From Mobula birostris (taxonomy: Eukaryota): a DNA stretch of 64,000 nucleotides. Shown here one piece after another: positions 39,720 to 51,232 of the stretch (within the stretch, counting starts at the first letter, position 1; each line of letters starts with the position of its first letter). Location of the stretch: the NCBI RefSeq assembly GCF_030028105.1, contig NC_092388.1, positions 57,604,581-57,668,580 of the forward strand, in the 5' to 3' direction. Under the pieces are notes generated by a model. That model ran no database searches and had not been told where the DNA came from. It worked only from the letters and a program-made list of their open reading frames with translations. The position numbers and the translations under genes are program-made.

Positions 39720-40665
39720 CCATCATCAAGGTCCCCATCATCTGGATCATGCTCTCTTCTTGCTGCTGCCATCAGGAAGAGGGTACTGGAGCCTCTAGAC
39801 CCTCACCACCAGGTTCAGGAACAGTTATTACCCCTCACTCATGGGCTCTTGAACCAAAGGAAATAGCTTCACTCAACTTCACTCGCCCTACCACTGAACT
39901 GTTCCCACCACCCTTGGACTCACCGTCAAGGACTCTTCATCTCAAGTTCTCAATATTTATTGCTTATTTATTTATTATTACCATAGAACCACAGAACCAT
40001 AGAAACTACAGCACAGAAACAGGCCCTTTGGCCCTTCTTGGCTGTGCCGAACCATTTTCTGCCTAGTCCCACTGACCTGCACACGGACCATATTCCTCCA
40101 TACACCTCCCATCCATGTATCTGTCCAATTTATTCTTAAATGTTAAAAAAGAACCCGCATTTACCACCTCGTCTGGCAGCTCATTCCATACTCCCACCAC
40201 TCTCTGTGTGAAGAAGCCCCCTCCAATGTTCCCTTTAAACTTTTCCCCCCTCACCCTTAACCCATGTCCTCTGGTTTTCTTCTCCCCTTGCCTCAGTGGA
40301 AAAAGCCTGCTTGCATTCACTCTATCTATACCCATCATAATTTTATATACCTCTATCAAATCTCCCCTCATTCTTCTACGCTCCAGGGAATAAAGTCCTA
40401 ACCTATTCAACCTTTCTCTGTAACTGAGTTTCTCAAGTCCCGGCAACATCCTTGTAAACATTATTATTATTATTATTATTATTTGTATTTGCGCAGTTTG
40501 TTGGCTTTTTCACATTGCTTGTTTTTCTGTTCTGTTGTGTGCGGTATTTCATTGATTCTACGATGTTTCTTAGAGTTACTGAGTATGCTCTCAAGAAAAC
40601 AAATCTCAGGGATGTATATAGTGACATATGTGTATTTTCATAATAAATTTACTTTGAACTTTAAG
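39720..40665 (+). mobile_element. Rex1/Babar-like 3' end, interrupted by an antisense CR1 tail
   Basis: catcatcaagg...ctgccatcaggaagagggtac... and tail aataaatttactttgaacttt. Confidence 0.75.
39981..40459 (-). mobile_element. Young CR1 3' end inserted in an (att)n tract
   Basis: Open ORF 40063-40461(-): FTRMLPGLEKLSYRERL...RGDLIEVYK...FFTQRVVGVWNELP. Tail (ttctatgg)n. Confidence 0.9.
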
Positions 40666-41093
40666 CTTTAGTGATCTGTGATCAGACTGAGAGGCATTTA
40701 ATGGTACATCCAGTGTGTTTAGCTTGCATGCTAGATGGATTTTATTGTTCATCCAATGTGACATTTTCATTCTTTCGTCCTGATAACTTCTCTTGAGTTA
40801 TCAAATAAATACGTAAAATTATTGAGCTTCGAGTAGGTTAATGATATGAAATCCTATCATTATTAAGGATAAAATTGAAGTTGGAACCTTTCACCTACAC
40901 TCAGAGATTGTGAAGGAAGTGAAACACATAAAGTGGAAAGGGGGAGAAGAACAGTCGAGAAAGATTACTTCTGTATTCTAATTGTGTTTTCTTGTACAAG
41001 TAGTGTATAATTTATGTTTTTCTTGTGAATGATGCTATGTGCCTTGTGATACTGCTGTAATAAAAGTTTTTATGTTGCAACTGTGTATACATG

Positions 41094-41313
41094 ATTGCTG
41101 GCTGGTGGCGTAGTGGCATCAGCACTGGACTTCGGAGCGAAGGCTCCCGAGTTGGAGTCTAGCCGGCTCCCTTGCACGCTTTCCATCCATGCTGGGTTGA
41201 GCATCAAGCTAGCAACTCGGCCTCGTAAAAATAAGAAAGCCCGCTAATAAAATGCCGTCATGATGGCGTTCCGATGACTCCACTTGGAGTTATGGGCTTT
41301 CTTCTTCTTCTTC
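41094..41313 (+). mobile_element. tRNA-derived SINE with (ctt)n tail and 10-bp TSD
   Basis: A box tggcgtagtgg and B-box-like gagttggagtc. TSD tgtatacatg at 41084-41093 and 41314-41323. Confidence 0.8.
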
Positions 41314-41432
41314 TGTATACATGTATTTGTGCACAGGACAACAGACTTGATTTTGAAGAATTGAGTGTATCCAGTGGCTGCCCACCACAGCCTCATTCTG
41401 TTTCTGGTATTATTTTCTCATTAAAGGATGTA

Positions 41433-41695
41433 CACTCAGCGGCCACTTTATTAGGTACACCTGCTCCTTAATGCAAATGTCTAATAAACCAATCATGTGG
41501 CAGCAACTCAATGCATAAAATCATGCAGATGTGGCTAAGAATTTCAGTTGTTCTTCAGACTAAACATCAGAATGAGGAAGAAATGTGATCTAAGAACTTT
41601 GGCAATGAGAAGATTGTTGGTGCCAAATGGGGTGGCTTGAGTATCTCAGAAACTACTGATCTCCTGGGATTTTCATGCATAATAGTCTCCAGAAC
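41433..41695 (+). mobile_element. Tc1-like transposon left-end fragment (second family)
   Basis: ta|cactcagcggccactttattaggtacacc terminus, recalled as a Tc1-type end. No right TIR found. Confidence 0.55.
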
Positions 41696-44600
41696 TTGTA
41701 AAGTTATTCTAGAATTTACAAGAATAATTCTATGCCTGTCTGAAAAATAACAAAGCCTCTGTTTCTACTGCTTTTTAAAGGAGAAAATTCCAATGACCCA
41801 TAACTTTGAAAGAAAAAAATACCTCACCTGTTTCCTAAATGGAAGAGCCCTTATTTTAAATGGTAACTGTAGTTGTAGATTCCCCCAGCAGAGGAATTAA
41901 CTGTCAAAACCCCACAGGATCTTACATATTTAAATCAAGTCACCTCCCCTCCTCCCTTCTAATTTCTAGAAGATGCAAGCCTTGTCTGTCTAACCTTTTC
42001 TTAGAATGCAGCTCATCCAGTGCAGGTTGTCAGTGAATCAGGAAGAGTGTTTGACAGGAAGCAGATATATAGCTGGAAATACCAGCAGGTCAAAAGTTTG
42101 ACCTAGTTCTGCTACCTTCCAGATTTTAGTCTAAACATGTCAATGGGAACCCCATTGGAAAGGCATTGGATTATACACATTAAATGCTATAGGGATGCAC
42201 TTGATCGTAGTTTGTTGAATCTGTAGTGGCACAGATATGGAAATGGTTGCTTTGCGTTGAGTGTTTATTTTTCCGTTGTCAAAATGTTCTTAAAAGGAAT
42301 TCTTCTGCCACCATTGCAGAATTATGTTTGTTAATGAGCATGTGGCCTTTTAGATTGTGTGAATTGAGAAGCCAGGATTAATTGTAAACAGTGGGAATTG
42401 GACAAAGCACAGGAAGATGCCTGGTTTATGTTGGCGATGGGGGAGTAGAAAAAGGGGATTACTAACTAGCTTTATATACTAATTAGCTTGAGCAAGTCCC
42501 TTGCATCTCTTGGAGTAATGTCCAATGTTATTTCATTGCTTAGTTTCATAGAAGTGGAAAAATCACTGCGTCCAGGATTAAATTCAAAGAACTGCAATCA
42601 AATCCTGAGAGCATTTAACATGTTTAATTTAACAACCTGCTTTTACCAAAGGCTTTTAGCCAGATCTACTTTGGCAAAAGTCTGGAAGTTTCCACGCTTG
42701 CACCAGGCTTTTGACCTGCTGACATTGCTAGCTATTTAAACCAACTTCCTCAGGGTAGAATGCCCTTCCTCTTAATATAGTGTTTTGATACCTGGTAAAT
42801 ACCTTCCCCTGCCTTCTGTCATTCAACTGCCCTGATCCATATTGCAAGTTCACAAATAGCACTATTGTATTGCAAGGTGAGAGAAAATATGCTCGTGTTA
42901 CCCTGCCTAAGGCAGTAGAAATCAATACTGCAGTTCCAAGGATTTCTCACCTTCATCAGTTTGGATTACAAGAACAATATGATATGTTGCAGCCAGAAAA
43001 ACATAAAATGAGTAAGTGCTTTCTTAGTCAGGTTGCACATCAGTGTTTCTCTGACACAGACTGCATTCCCCCAGTTACAGCACCTAATTTAATACTTGGC
43101 TGCAGTCTGCCAAGTCCTGCCTTACACTTGTGTTCGTTTTCGAGGTGAATCCCAAGATGGTTTGACGCACACTGCTCTAGATATGCCTTTCATTTTCCCA
43201 GATGTGGTGTGTTGAATTATTAGCAGCCCATGCATTCAACCAATATAAACTTAGCAATGATCTGGTTTGAATGAGAGCAGATAGTAACATTCCATACAGA
43301 ATTCTGTACAACTAACAGATATAGAAATATTATAAATTTAGATATTTATCTTTTATCATGTTAAACACTATATTGTCACTAGTGAGAGTACTTACTAACT
43401 TGGACTATTAGCTCCCAGTGAACCATAGGTTATTAACGACCTCCTGTCTCCATTGTCCTCTGAAGTTTATGGTATGGTTGGAGTTCATCAACACTTCTGC
43501 AATCCATTGCATTCACTGTACAGGGGATTGGTCTGTACAGCTTCACCAGAGCCCTGTTGGCTGGCCTTACCCATTTCCACCTCTCATGACGGGGACGTAG
43601 GGTTGGACGTTGAGTGGCACTAGTGAGAATAATGAAGGATAATAATAGATAGATCATATTCCCTGTCTTTTAGCTGTCTAGAAAATTGTTCTCACAAAAC
43701 TGAAACAAAATGTTGATGCTGTGCAGTTGAAAACAAGCTTCAGTCAGTGAAGAGTGAATAGCACTGACTTTTGGCTTTCCTGGTATTGGGCAACACTTTG
43801 TTGTCCTGATTTTGCAGAAAGTGATTGTCAGTGCTACAAATATGGTCCAGGATATACAGTACTGTACAAAAGTCTTAGGCCCATACAGTAAGATCTTTAA
43901 CCTCACTAGTCAAACAAAAGACAGTTGTTTGTTTACCTGCAGAACAGCCAGTTTTTCTGCTCCTGAAGCTCATCATTATTATCATATGCTGTGTCATATA
44001 CTGTGGGCGATCATGGTGTATAACCATAATTGTTCTTGGCAGATTCTACAGAAGTAGTTTGCGATTGCCTTCTACCGGGCAGTATTTTTACAAGATGAGT
44101 GACTCCACCCATTGTCAATACTCTTCATAGATTGTCTGCCTGATGTTCTGAACCTATTCTTTTTAATAGACCAACATCCTAACTGCCTCTCTTACTCCAC
44201 ACATTGCTCACACTTAAGACCAAGGCTTTCAGCTTAATGATTTCCTGATCTCAATGTTTTCAGATGGAGATATAACCAAACAGATGAAATTTCCAATGTG
44301 GTTTATGAGAGGCAAGTAAATCTTCAGCAACAGAATCTGAGGACCTGCGACAGATCAAACAATTGCTGTCAAAGGCCTTTCCAAACCTGTTCTTTAATGC
44401 AGCTGATGACCAAAGACAAAAACAAACATCTGAGTTTGATTTAAATAATTAAAACACAGTGGTGGGTGGGTGGGGTGTGGTGGTGATGGGACTAGGAAAT
44501 TGAGTAAAGTGAGGAATGGGATGGGATCAGTGAAATGTATTTAGTGATCAGAATCAGGATCCTGGAAGATAGACAGCACCCAGATTTTGGCAAATGGTTT

Positions 44601-45325
44601 GGTGACAGATGAAAACCTTCTGACTTTGACAAAGTTTTGAAACCACATTTCCTTAGCATTTAGCGGCTGTTTCAGCAGAGAAAGTAAAGAAAACCAAATT
44701 CAGTGGACATGAAAGTTGTCTACCGGCACAAAGTACTGAGGATTCATAGGTGCCCAAAGAAGCAGAGGAAGTCCCCAGTTTGAGAAGGTACCCCATCCGT
44801 TGCCTGGTCAGACTTGTGCAGATGCAAGATCCTTGCCATCAACCTGATAGAAGAACTGTTGTGGTCACTATTGGTACATGAGATCTCACTTACTGAAATT
44901 CATTAAGCATTCACTATGCTTTTTTCTGGAGAGGTCTGGAGATTGGATGCATGGAAGTGGATTCATAATCAGAATGATCTCACCGGAAATACTTTCCAAA
45001 CTTCCTGCTGGCTTGAATAAGGAACTCATCGAATCCTCCTGATTTCTGTATGGCATATTATAATGTGGACATGTTAGCTAGCACAGGGGAATAAGGGGAG
45101 AACTTCCACTCTGACTTGGACTTCATTCTCTAATAGACTTTTACAAGTGGTGGACTCATCCAGATGAAAGATGGTGATTGGAAAGGAATGATGGGAGGAA
45201 GTAGCCACAAAAAAATCTATCTCTTCCCAGACACAAGGAATTCTGCAGATGCTGGAAAGTCAAGCAACACACATCAAAGTTGCTGGTGAACGCAGCAGGC
45301 CAGACAGCATCTCTAGGAAGAGGTA

Positions 45326-45363
45326 CAGTCGACGTTTCAGGCTGAGACCCTTCGTCAGGGCTA
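45326..45363 (-). ncRNA. Hammerhead ribozyme motif, second copy
   Basis: Reverse complement: tagcc-CTGACGA-a-gggtctcagcct-GAAAC-GTC-gactg. The core is intact, with one stem I mismatch and weakened stem II. Confidence 0.65.
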
Positions 45364-45867
45364 ACTGAAGGAAGAGCTAGTAAGAGATTTGAAAGTGGGA
45401 GGGGGAGGGGGAGATCCAAAATGATAGGAGAAGACAGGAGGGGGAGGGATGGAGCCAAGAGCTGGATGGGTGATTGGCAAAAGGGATATGAGAGGATCAT
45501 GGGACAGGAGGCCCAGAGAGAAGGAGAAGGGGGAGGGGGGAAAAACCCAGAGGATGGGCAAGGGGTATAGTCAGAGGGACAGAGTGGGAATGGGATGTGG
45601 AATTAAAATGTGTGGCCACTGGGAGATCCTGCCTTCTCTGGCAGACAGAGCGTAGGTGTTCAGCACAACGATCTCCCAGTCTGCATCGGGTCTCGCCAAT
45701 ATATAGAAGGCCACATGGGCCTCCTGTCCCATGATCCTCTCATATCCCTTTTGCCAATCACCTGTCCAGCTCTTGGCTCCATCCCTCCCCCTCCTGTCTT
45801 CTCCTATCATTTTGGATCTCCCCCTCCCCCTCCCACTTTCAAATCTCTTACTAGCTCTTCCTTCAGT

Positions 45868-45905
45868 TAGTCCTGACGAAGGGTCTCGGCCCGAAACGTC
45901 GACTG
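45868..45905 (+). ncRNA. Minimal type I hammerhead ribozyme motif (Penelope-associated), core intact
   Basis: tagtc-CTGACGA-a-gggt-ctcg-gccc-GAAAC-GTC-gactg. Stem I is tagtc/gactg and stem II is gggt/gccc. The predicted cleavage triplet is GUC (after 45900). Confidence 0.75.
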
Positions 45906-46038
45906 TACCTCTTCCTAGAGATGCTGCCCGGCCTGCTGCGTTCACCAGCAACTCTGATGTGTGTTGCTAACTCTTCCCAGAGTTCAGTTCCACAAATACT
46001 GGTCTTTTAGAGAAAATAAAATGTGGGCAGCTTATAAA

Positions 46039-46130
46039 TCAGTCAGCCAGTCACCAGTCACCAGTCACCAGTCAGGCTAATCATGGTAGTTACCAGTCAG
46101 TCTGATCATGATAGTTACCAGTAAGGCTGG
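46039..46130. repeat. (ccagtca)n micro/minisatellite
   Basis: ccagtcaccagtcaccagtcaccagtca followed by degenerate ~24-bp units. Confidence 0.8.
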
Positions 46131-47159
46131 TTAAAATGATCCTCCTTCTACATGGCAAAAGTGGAACATAGCACCACCTATGGGCCTGGCTGTGCCTATG
46201 ACCTTTGAGTTTTCAGTGTGTTTTCAAATGGAATATTGCATTTACCTCAGCCATTTTAAACATGTATGTAGTTTTCAGCTATAAGTCAGACATTTACTTA
46301 AAATCTCCACTTTTGTACTTCACTGCTGACAGACATCAACTATGGAATCACCTTTGTTGGATCTGCCAATGTTAGTTGATACCTGCTCTTTACGAAAATG
46401 ATGATATTTCTTGTTTGCAGTAGCATGATTTTGTATAACATGAATAACACTGGTGAAGGTGGCTAGAATAAGCCCTGTCTACAGATGGTTTCACCTGTGC
46501 AGTCAAATCCAGTGAAACCCAGATGGAGGGCTGTGACCTGAAGTGTCGACAGTTCATTTCCCTCCATAAATGCTGCTTGACCCATTGAATCCCTCCTAAA
46601 TCTTATACGTTGCTCCTATAAAACCTGCTGCAATTTACCAGCAATTTCCCTTCCTTATTTTCCCCTACAAGTATTGTTTCTTAAGAATGCTGTGGAGGCT
46701 GAAAGTTTTCTGCTTTTTTGTTTGTAATTAATATTCTCCCTTGTTCCACATCTGTGCTCTGGTATTTTATTGAAGTAGCGATTAGTGATGTGTGAGGCTG
46801 AGGTCATCAAGTTACCTGACTGGAGATCGGTATTTACCTTGCCTAACGTTCATCAGCATACTTAGCTGAGGAGCAGAAATCTCAGGCACATGCCTTTCTG
46901 ATAGTTAGTTCTGATAGTCCAGAACTTTCCTCAGCCATGCATTTTAGGTGAGAGGGAAAATGACGACTTTCAGAACAAGACCCCTCAATGTTCTTAGCTT
47001 ATGTTGTAGACAAATTGGGATTGGTTAATTGACTACCTTGGAAATGTTCTGTTGATTAGAGAAACCTTGCATAGCACTATTCCAGTACTTTAAGATTTCA
47101 CTGTTTGGGGCAAAACTTTCCATAGGCTAGAGAAATTTCAATTAGAAGGCAAGATAGCT

Positions 47160-47760
47160 TAGATAATGTGTTTGTCTGTCATCCCAGCCCCAGGACACCT
47201 CTGCAGGTGTTCCTCAGGGAAGTTTCTTGTTCCCGATAATCCTCAGCTGCTTCATCTATGACCTTTATTCTATCATAATGTCAGAATTGGATATGTTTGC
47301 TGGTAATGCCCATGATAGGAAGGGGGCTTAGGAGAGGATGCAGAAGAGGTTTACCTGGATGCTGCCTGGAGTAGAGGGCAAGTGCTATAAGGAGAGGTTG
47401 GACAAACTAAGATTGTTTTCTCTGGAGTGTTGGAGGCTGAGTGGAGACCTCTGCTTACAAGATTATGAGAGGCGTTGATAGAGTAGACAGCCAGTCTCTT
47501 TTTCCCAGGGTCAAAATATCTAAACTAGAGGACATTTTTTAAGGAAAGAGAGAGTTACTTGAATGGAGGTCTGCAGGGCAAGTTTTTTTTCACACAGGGA
47601 ATGGCAGGTGGCGGGACTGGTGGTGGAAGCAGTCATAATGATGGTGTTATAGAGGGTTTTAGGAAGGCCAGGAATGGAAGGATATGGATCATGTACAGAT
47701 AGAAAAAATTTAGTGTAATTTGGCACCATATTTGGTACAGACGTCAAAGTCTGAAGGAAC
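47160..47760 (+). mobile_element. Old CR1 fragments
   Basis: gcaggtgttcctcaggga (GVPQG), tttgctggtaat (FADD-like) and a degenerate 3' region. Confidence 0.65.
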
Positions 47761-47818
47761 TGCTCTTCTACGTTATAAGTTCTGTGTTAACTTGGATCAA
47801 ATTACAGATCATTTGTCT

Positions 47819-50212
47819 CAGTTGGAAATTGGCAAGTATGATGTTGTAGGAGTAACAGAGACATGGCTGCAAGAGGACCAGGGCTGGGAAATGAATATTC
47901 AAGAGTATATGTCCTATCGAAAGGACAGACAGGTGGGCAGAGGGGGTGGGGTGGCTCTGTTGATGAGGAATGAAATTCAGTCCCTTGCGCAGGGTGACAG
48001 AGAATCAGGAGATGTAGAGACAGTATGGATAGAACTGAGGAATTGTAAGGGTAAAAAGACCCTGATGGGAGTTATCTACAGGCCCCCAAACAGCCTGGAT
48101 ATAGGGTGCAAGTTGAATCAGGAGTTAAAATTGGCATGTCGCAAAGGTAATGCTATGGTTGTTATGGGGGATTTCAGCATGCAGGTAGACTGGGAAAATC
48201 AGGTTGGTACTGCACCCCAAGAAAGGGAGTTTGTGGAGTGCCTCCGAAATGGATTCTTAGAGCAGCTTGTACTGGAGCCTACCAGGGAGAAGGCAATTCT
48301 GGATCTAGTGTTGTGTAATGAAGCGGATTTGATAAGGGAACTCGAGCTGAAGGAGTTATTAGGAGATAGTGACCATAATATGATAAGTTTTAATCTACAA
48401 TTTGAGAGGCAGAAAGGAAAATCGGAAGTGTCAGTATTACAGTTGAACAAAGGGGACTATGGAGCCATGAGGGAGGAGCTGCCAAATTTGACTGGAAAGA
48501 CACCCTAGCAGGGATGACAGTGGAACAACAATGGCAGGTATTTCTGGGAATAATACAGAAGGTGCAGGATCAGTTCATTCCAAAGAGGAAGAAAGATCCT
48601 AAGGGGAGTAAGGGGCAACTGTGGATGACAAGGGAAGTCAAGGACAGTATAAAAATAAAAGAAAGGAAGTATAATATAGCAAGGATGAGTGGGAAGCCAG
48701 AGGATTGGGAAACTTTTAAAGAGCAACAGAAGATAACTAAAAAGGCAATATGGGGAGAAAAGATGAGGTACGAAGGTAAGCTAGCCGAAGGTAAGCTTTT
48801 CCAATGTTCTATAGATTCAGGATCAGTTCCTGTGGATTGGAGGGTAGCTAATGTTATCCCACTTTTTAAGAAAGGAGGGAGAGAGAAAACAGGGAATTAT
48901 AGACCAGTTAGCCTGACATCAGTGGTGGGGAAGATGCTGGAGTCAATTATAAAAGATGAAATAGCTGCACATTTGGATTGCAGTAACTGGATTGGTCCGA
49001 GTCAGCATGGATTTACGAAGGGGAAATCATGCTTGACTAATCTTCTGGAATTTTTTGAGAATGTAACTATGAAAATGGACAAGGGAGAATTGGAACACAT
49101 GGTATTGGGGGTAGAGTACTGACATGGATAGAAAATTGGTTGGCAGACAGGAAACAAAGAGTAGGGATTAACAGGGTCCTTTCAGAATGGCAGGCAGTGA
49201 CTAGTGGGGTACCGCAAGGGTTGGTGCTGGGACCGCAGCTATTTACAATATACATTAATGCTGAAGGGATTGAAAGTAACATTAGCAAATTTGCAGATGA
49301 CACAAAGCTGGGTGGCAGTGTGAAATGCGAGGAGGATGTTATGAGAATGCAGGGTGACTTGGACAGGTTGGGTGAGTGGGCAGGTGTATGGCAGATGCAG
49401 TTTAATGTGGATAAATGTGAAGTTATCCACTTTGGTAGCAAGAACAGGAAGGCAGATTACTATCTGAATGGTGTCAAGTTAGGAAAAGGGGAAGTACAAT
49501 GAGATCTAGGTGTCCTTGTTCATCAGTCACTGAAAGTAAGCATGCAGGTACAGCAGACAGTGAAGAAAGCTAATGGCATGTTTGCCTTCATAACAAGGGG
49601 AGTTGAGTATGGGAGCTTCTGCAGCTGTACAGGGCCCTGGTGAGACCACACCTGGGAGTATTGTGTGCAGCTTTGGTCTCCAAAATTGAGGAAGGACATT
49701 CTTGCTATTGAGGGAGTGCAGCGTAGGTTCTTGAGGTTAATTCCCGGGATGGCAGGACTGCCATATGTTGAAAGATTGGAGTGACTGGGCTTGTATACAC
49801 TGGAATTTAGAAGGATGAGAGGGGATCTGATTGAAACAAATAAGATTATTAAGGGACTGGACACGCTAGAGGCAGGAAACATGTTCCCGATGTTGGGGGA
49901 GTCCAGAACCAGAGACCACAGTTTAAGAATAAGGGGTAGGCCATTTAGAACAGAGTTGAGGAAAAACTTTTTCACCCAGAGAGTTGTGGATCTGCGAAAT
50001 GCTCTGTCTCAGAAGGCAGTTGAGGCCAATTCTCTGGATGCTTTCAAGAAAGAGTTAGACAGAGCTCTTAAAGATAGTGGAGTCAAGGAATATGGGGAGA
50101 AGGCAGGAACGGGGTACTGATTGTGGGTGATCAGCCATGATCACAGTGAATGGTGATGCTGGCTCGAAGGGCCGAATGGCCTACTCCTGCACCTATTGTC
50201 TATTGTCTATTA
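47819..50212 (+). mobile_element. CR1 LINE ORF2 (APE + RT) with internal deletions and intact 3' tail
   Basis: YDVVGVTETWL, RKDRQVGRGGGVAL, GVIYRPPN, MGDFS, ILDLVL, SDHNMI, NYRPVSLTS, SGVPQG, KFADDTKL. Tail (ctattgt)n. Confidence 0.95.
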
Positions 50213-50280
50213 TAATTTCTGAGAAATTAGGTGTGTTTTTGAGGTGGCCACGCATGAGGCAAATGTATAAATTACTGCAC

Positions 50281-50312
50281 ACTAATATACTTTATTTTTC
50301 CTTTTGATTTAG
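50281..50312 (+). promoter_or_regulatory. Branch point, polypyrimidine tract and 3' splice acceptor of the GFOD1 exon
   Basis: actaat (CTAAT branch-like) + actttatttttccttttgatttag immediately before the in-frame GFOD1 sequence. Confidence 0.85.
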
Positions 50313-51232
50313 GAATCGGGAAGAATGTCATCTGTGACAGAGCTGCAACTCCTCTGGATGCTTTTCAGATGATGTCAGCTGCACATTATTACCCCAAACT
50401 AATGAGTATCATGGGTAACGTTCTCCGTTTCCTTCCTGCTTTTGTTAAAATGAAGCAAATGATTCAAGAGGGTTATGTGGGGGACTTGTTGATCTGTGAA
50501 GTCCAGGTTCATAGTGGAAGCCTTCTGGGTAAGAAGTACAACTGGAGCTGTGATGACCTAATGGGTGGTGGAGGACTACACTCAGTAGGAAGCTACATTA
50601 TTGATCTTTTGACTTTTCTAACCAGCCAAAAGGCTGTCAAAGTCCACGGCTTCCTAAAAACCTTTGTGAAGCAGACAAAACACATCCGAGGGATTCGCCA
50701 GATCACCAGCGATGACTTCTGTACATTTCAGATGGTGTTAGAAGCTGGCGTGTGCTGTACTGTAACACTGAATTTCAACGTTCCTGGAGATTTCAAGCAG
50801 GACATCATTGTGGTGGGATCCACTGGGAGATTGATAGTAAGCGGTAGTGATTTGTACGGACAGAAAAACAGTGCCACTCAAAAGGAATTGATTCTGGAAG
50901 ACTCGACTCCTTTAAGCAATGAATTGCTCCCAGAAAAAGCTTTCCGGGATTGCCCAATCCCATTCCTCAGGGGAACCATCATGATGGTTCAAGCCATTCG
51001 ACAGGCATTCCAAGACCAAGAAGATCGTCGGACCTGGGACGGGAGACCACTAACTATGGCAGCAACATTTGAGGATTGTTTGTATGCATTGTCTGTGGTG
51101 GACACCATTAAAAAATCCAATGAAACTGGTGAATGGCAGAACATTGTGATCATGACAGAAGAACCCGAGATTAGCCCTGCATATCTGATCAGCGAGGCAA
51201 TGCGTCGCAGTAGAATGTCCCTATTATACTAA
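50313..51232 (+). CDS. GFOD1: Terminal coding exon of glucose-fructose oxidoreductase domain-containing protein 1 (Gfo/Idh/MocA family); 5' exon lies outside the window
   Basis: After acceptor AG (50311-50312, phase 1) the frame reads (G)[43 protein letters not shown]...[14 protein letters not shown]...QITSDDF...[15 protein letters not shown]...[12 protein letters not shown]. This matches vertebrate GFOD1 as I remember it, including the GFOD1-type C-terminal tail. No frameshifts. Confidence 0.95.

Larger units (their letters stand above)
45232..45966 (-). mobile_element. Truncated Penelope-like element: GIY-YIG fragment between inverted terminal repeats, 15-bp TSD
   Basis: The minus-strand middle (~45583-45710) encodes LLYIGETRCRLGDRCAEHLRSVCQRRQDLPVATHFNS. 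Arms ~45260-45514 and ~45717-45967 are reverse complements. Flanks are ctatctcttcccaga (45217-45231) and ctaactcttcccaga (45967-45981). Confidence 0.85.

Noticed and set aside
41098-41172. tRNA gene
   Set aside because: The B box is degenerate and the sequence continues into a SINE body and tail bounded by a TSD.
1-50280. GFOD1 first coding exon or another host gene
   Set aside because: No ORF resembles the GFOD1 N-terminal Rossmann segment, and there is no promoter-like CpG island outside repeats. Small exons could have been missed by eye.
50369-51232. Standalone 287-aa gene or retrocopy, or GFOD2
   Set aside because: Homology extends upstream of the ATG to a canonical acceptor. The [12 protein letters not shown] motif and the [11 protein letters not shown]-terminus fit GFOD1.
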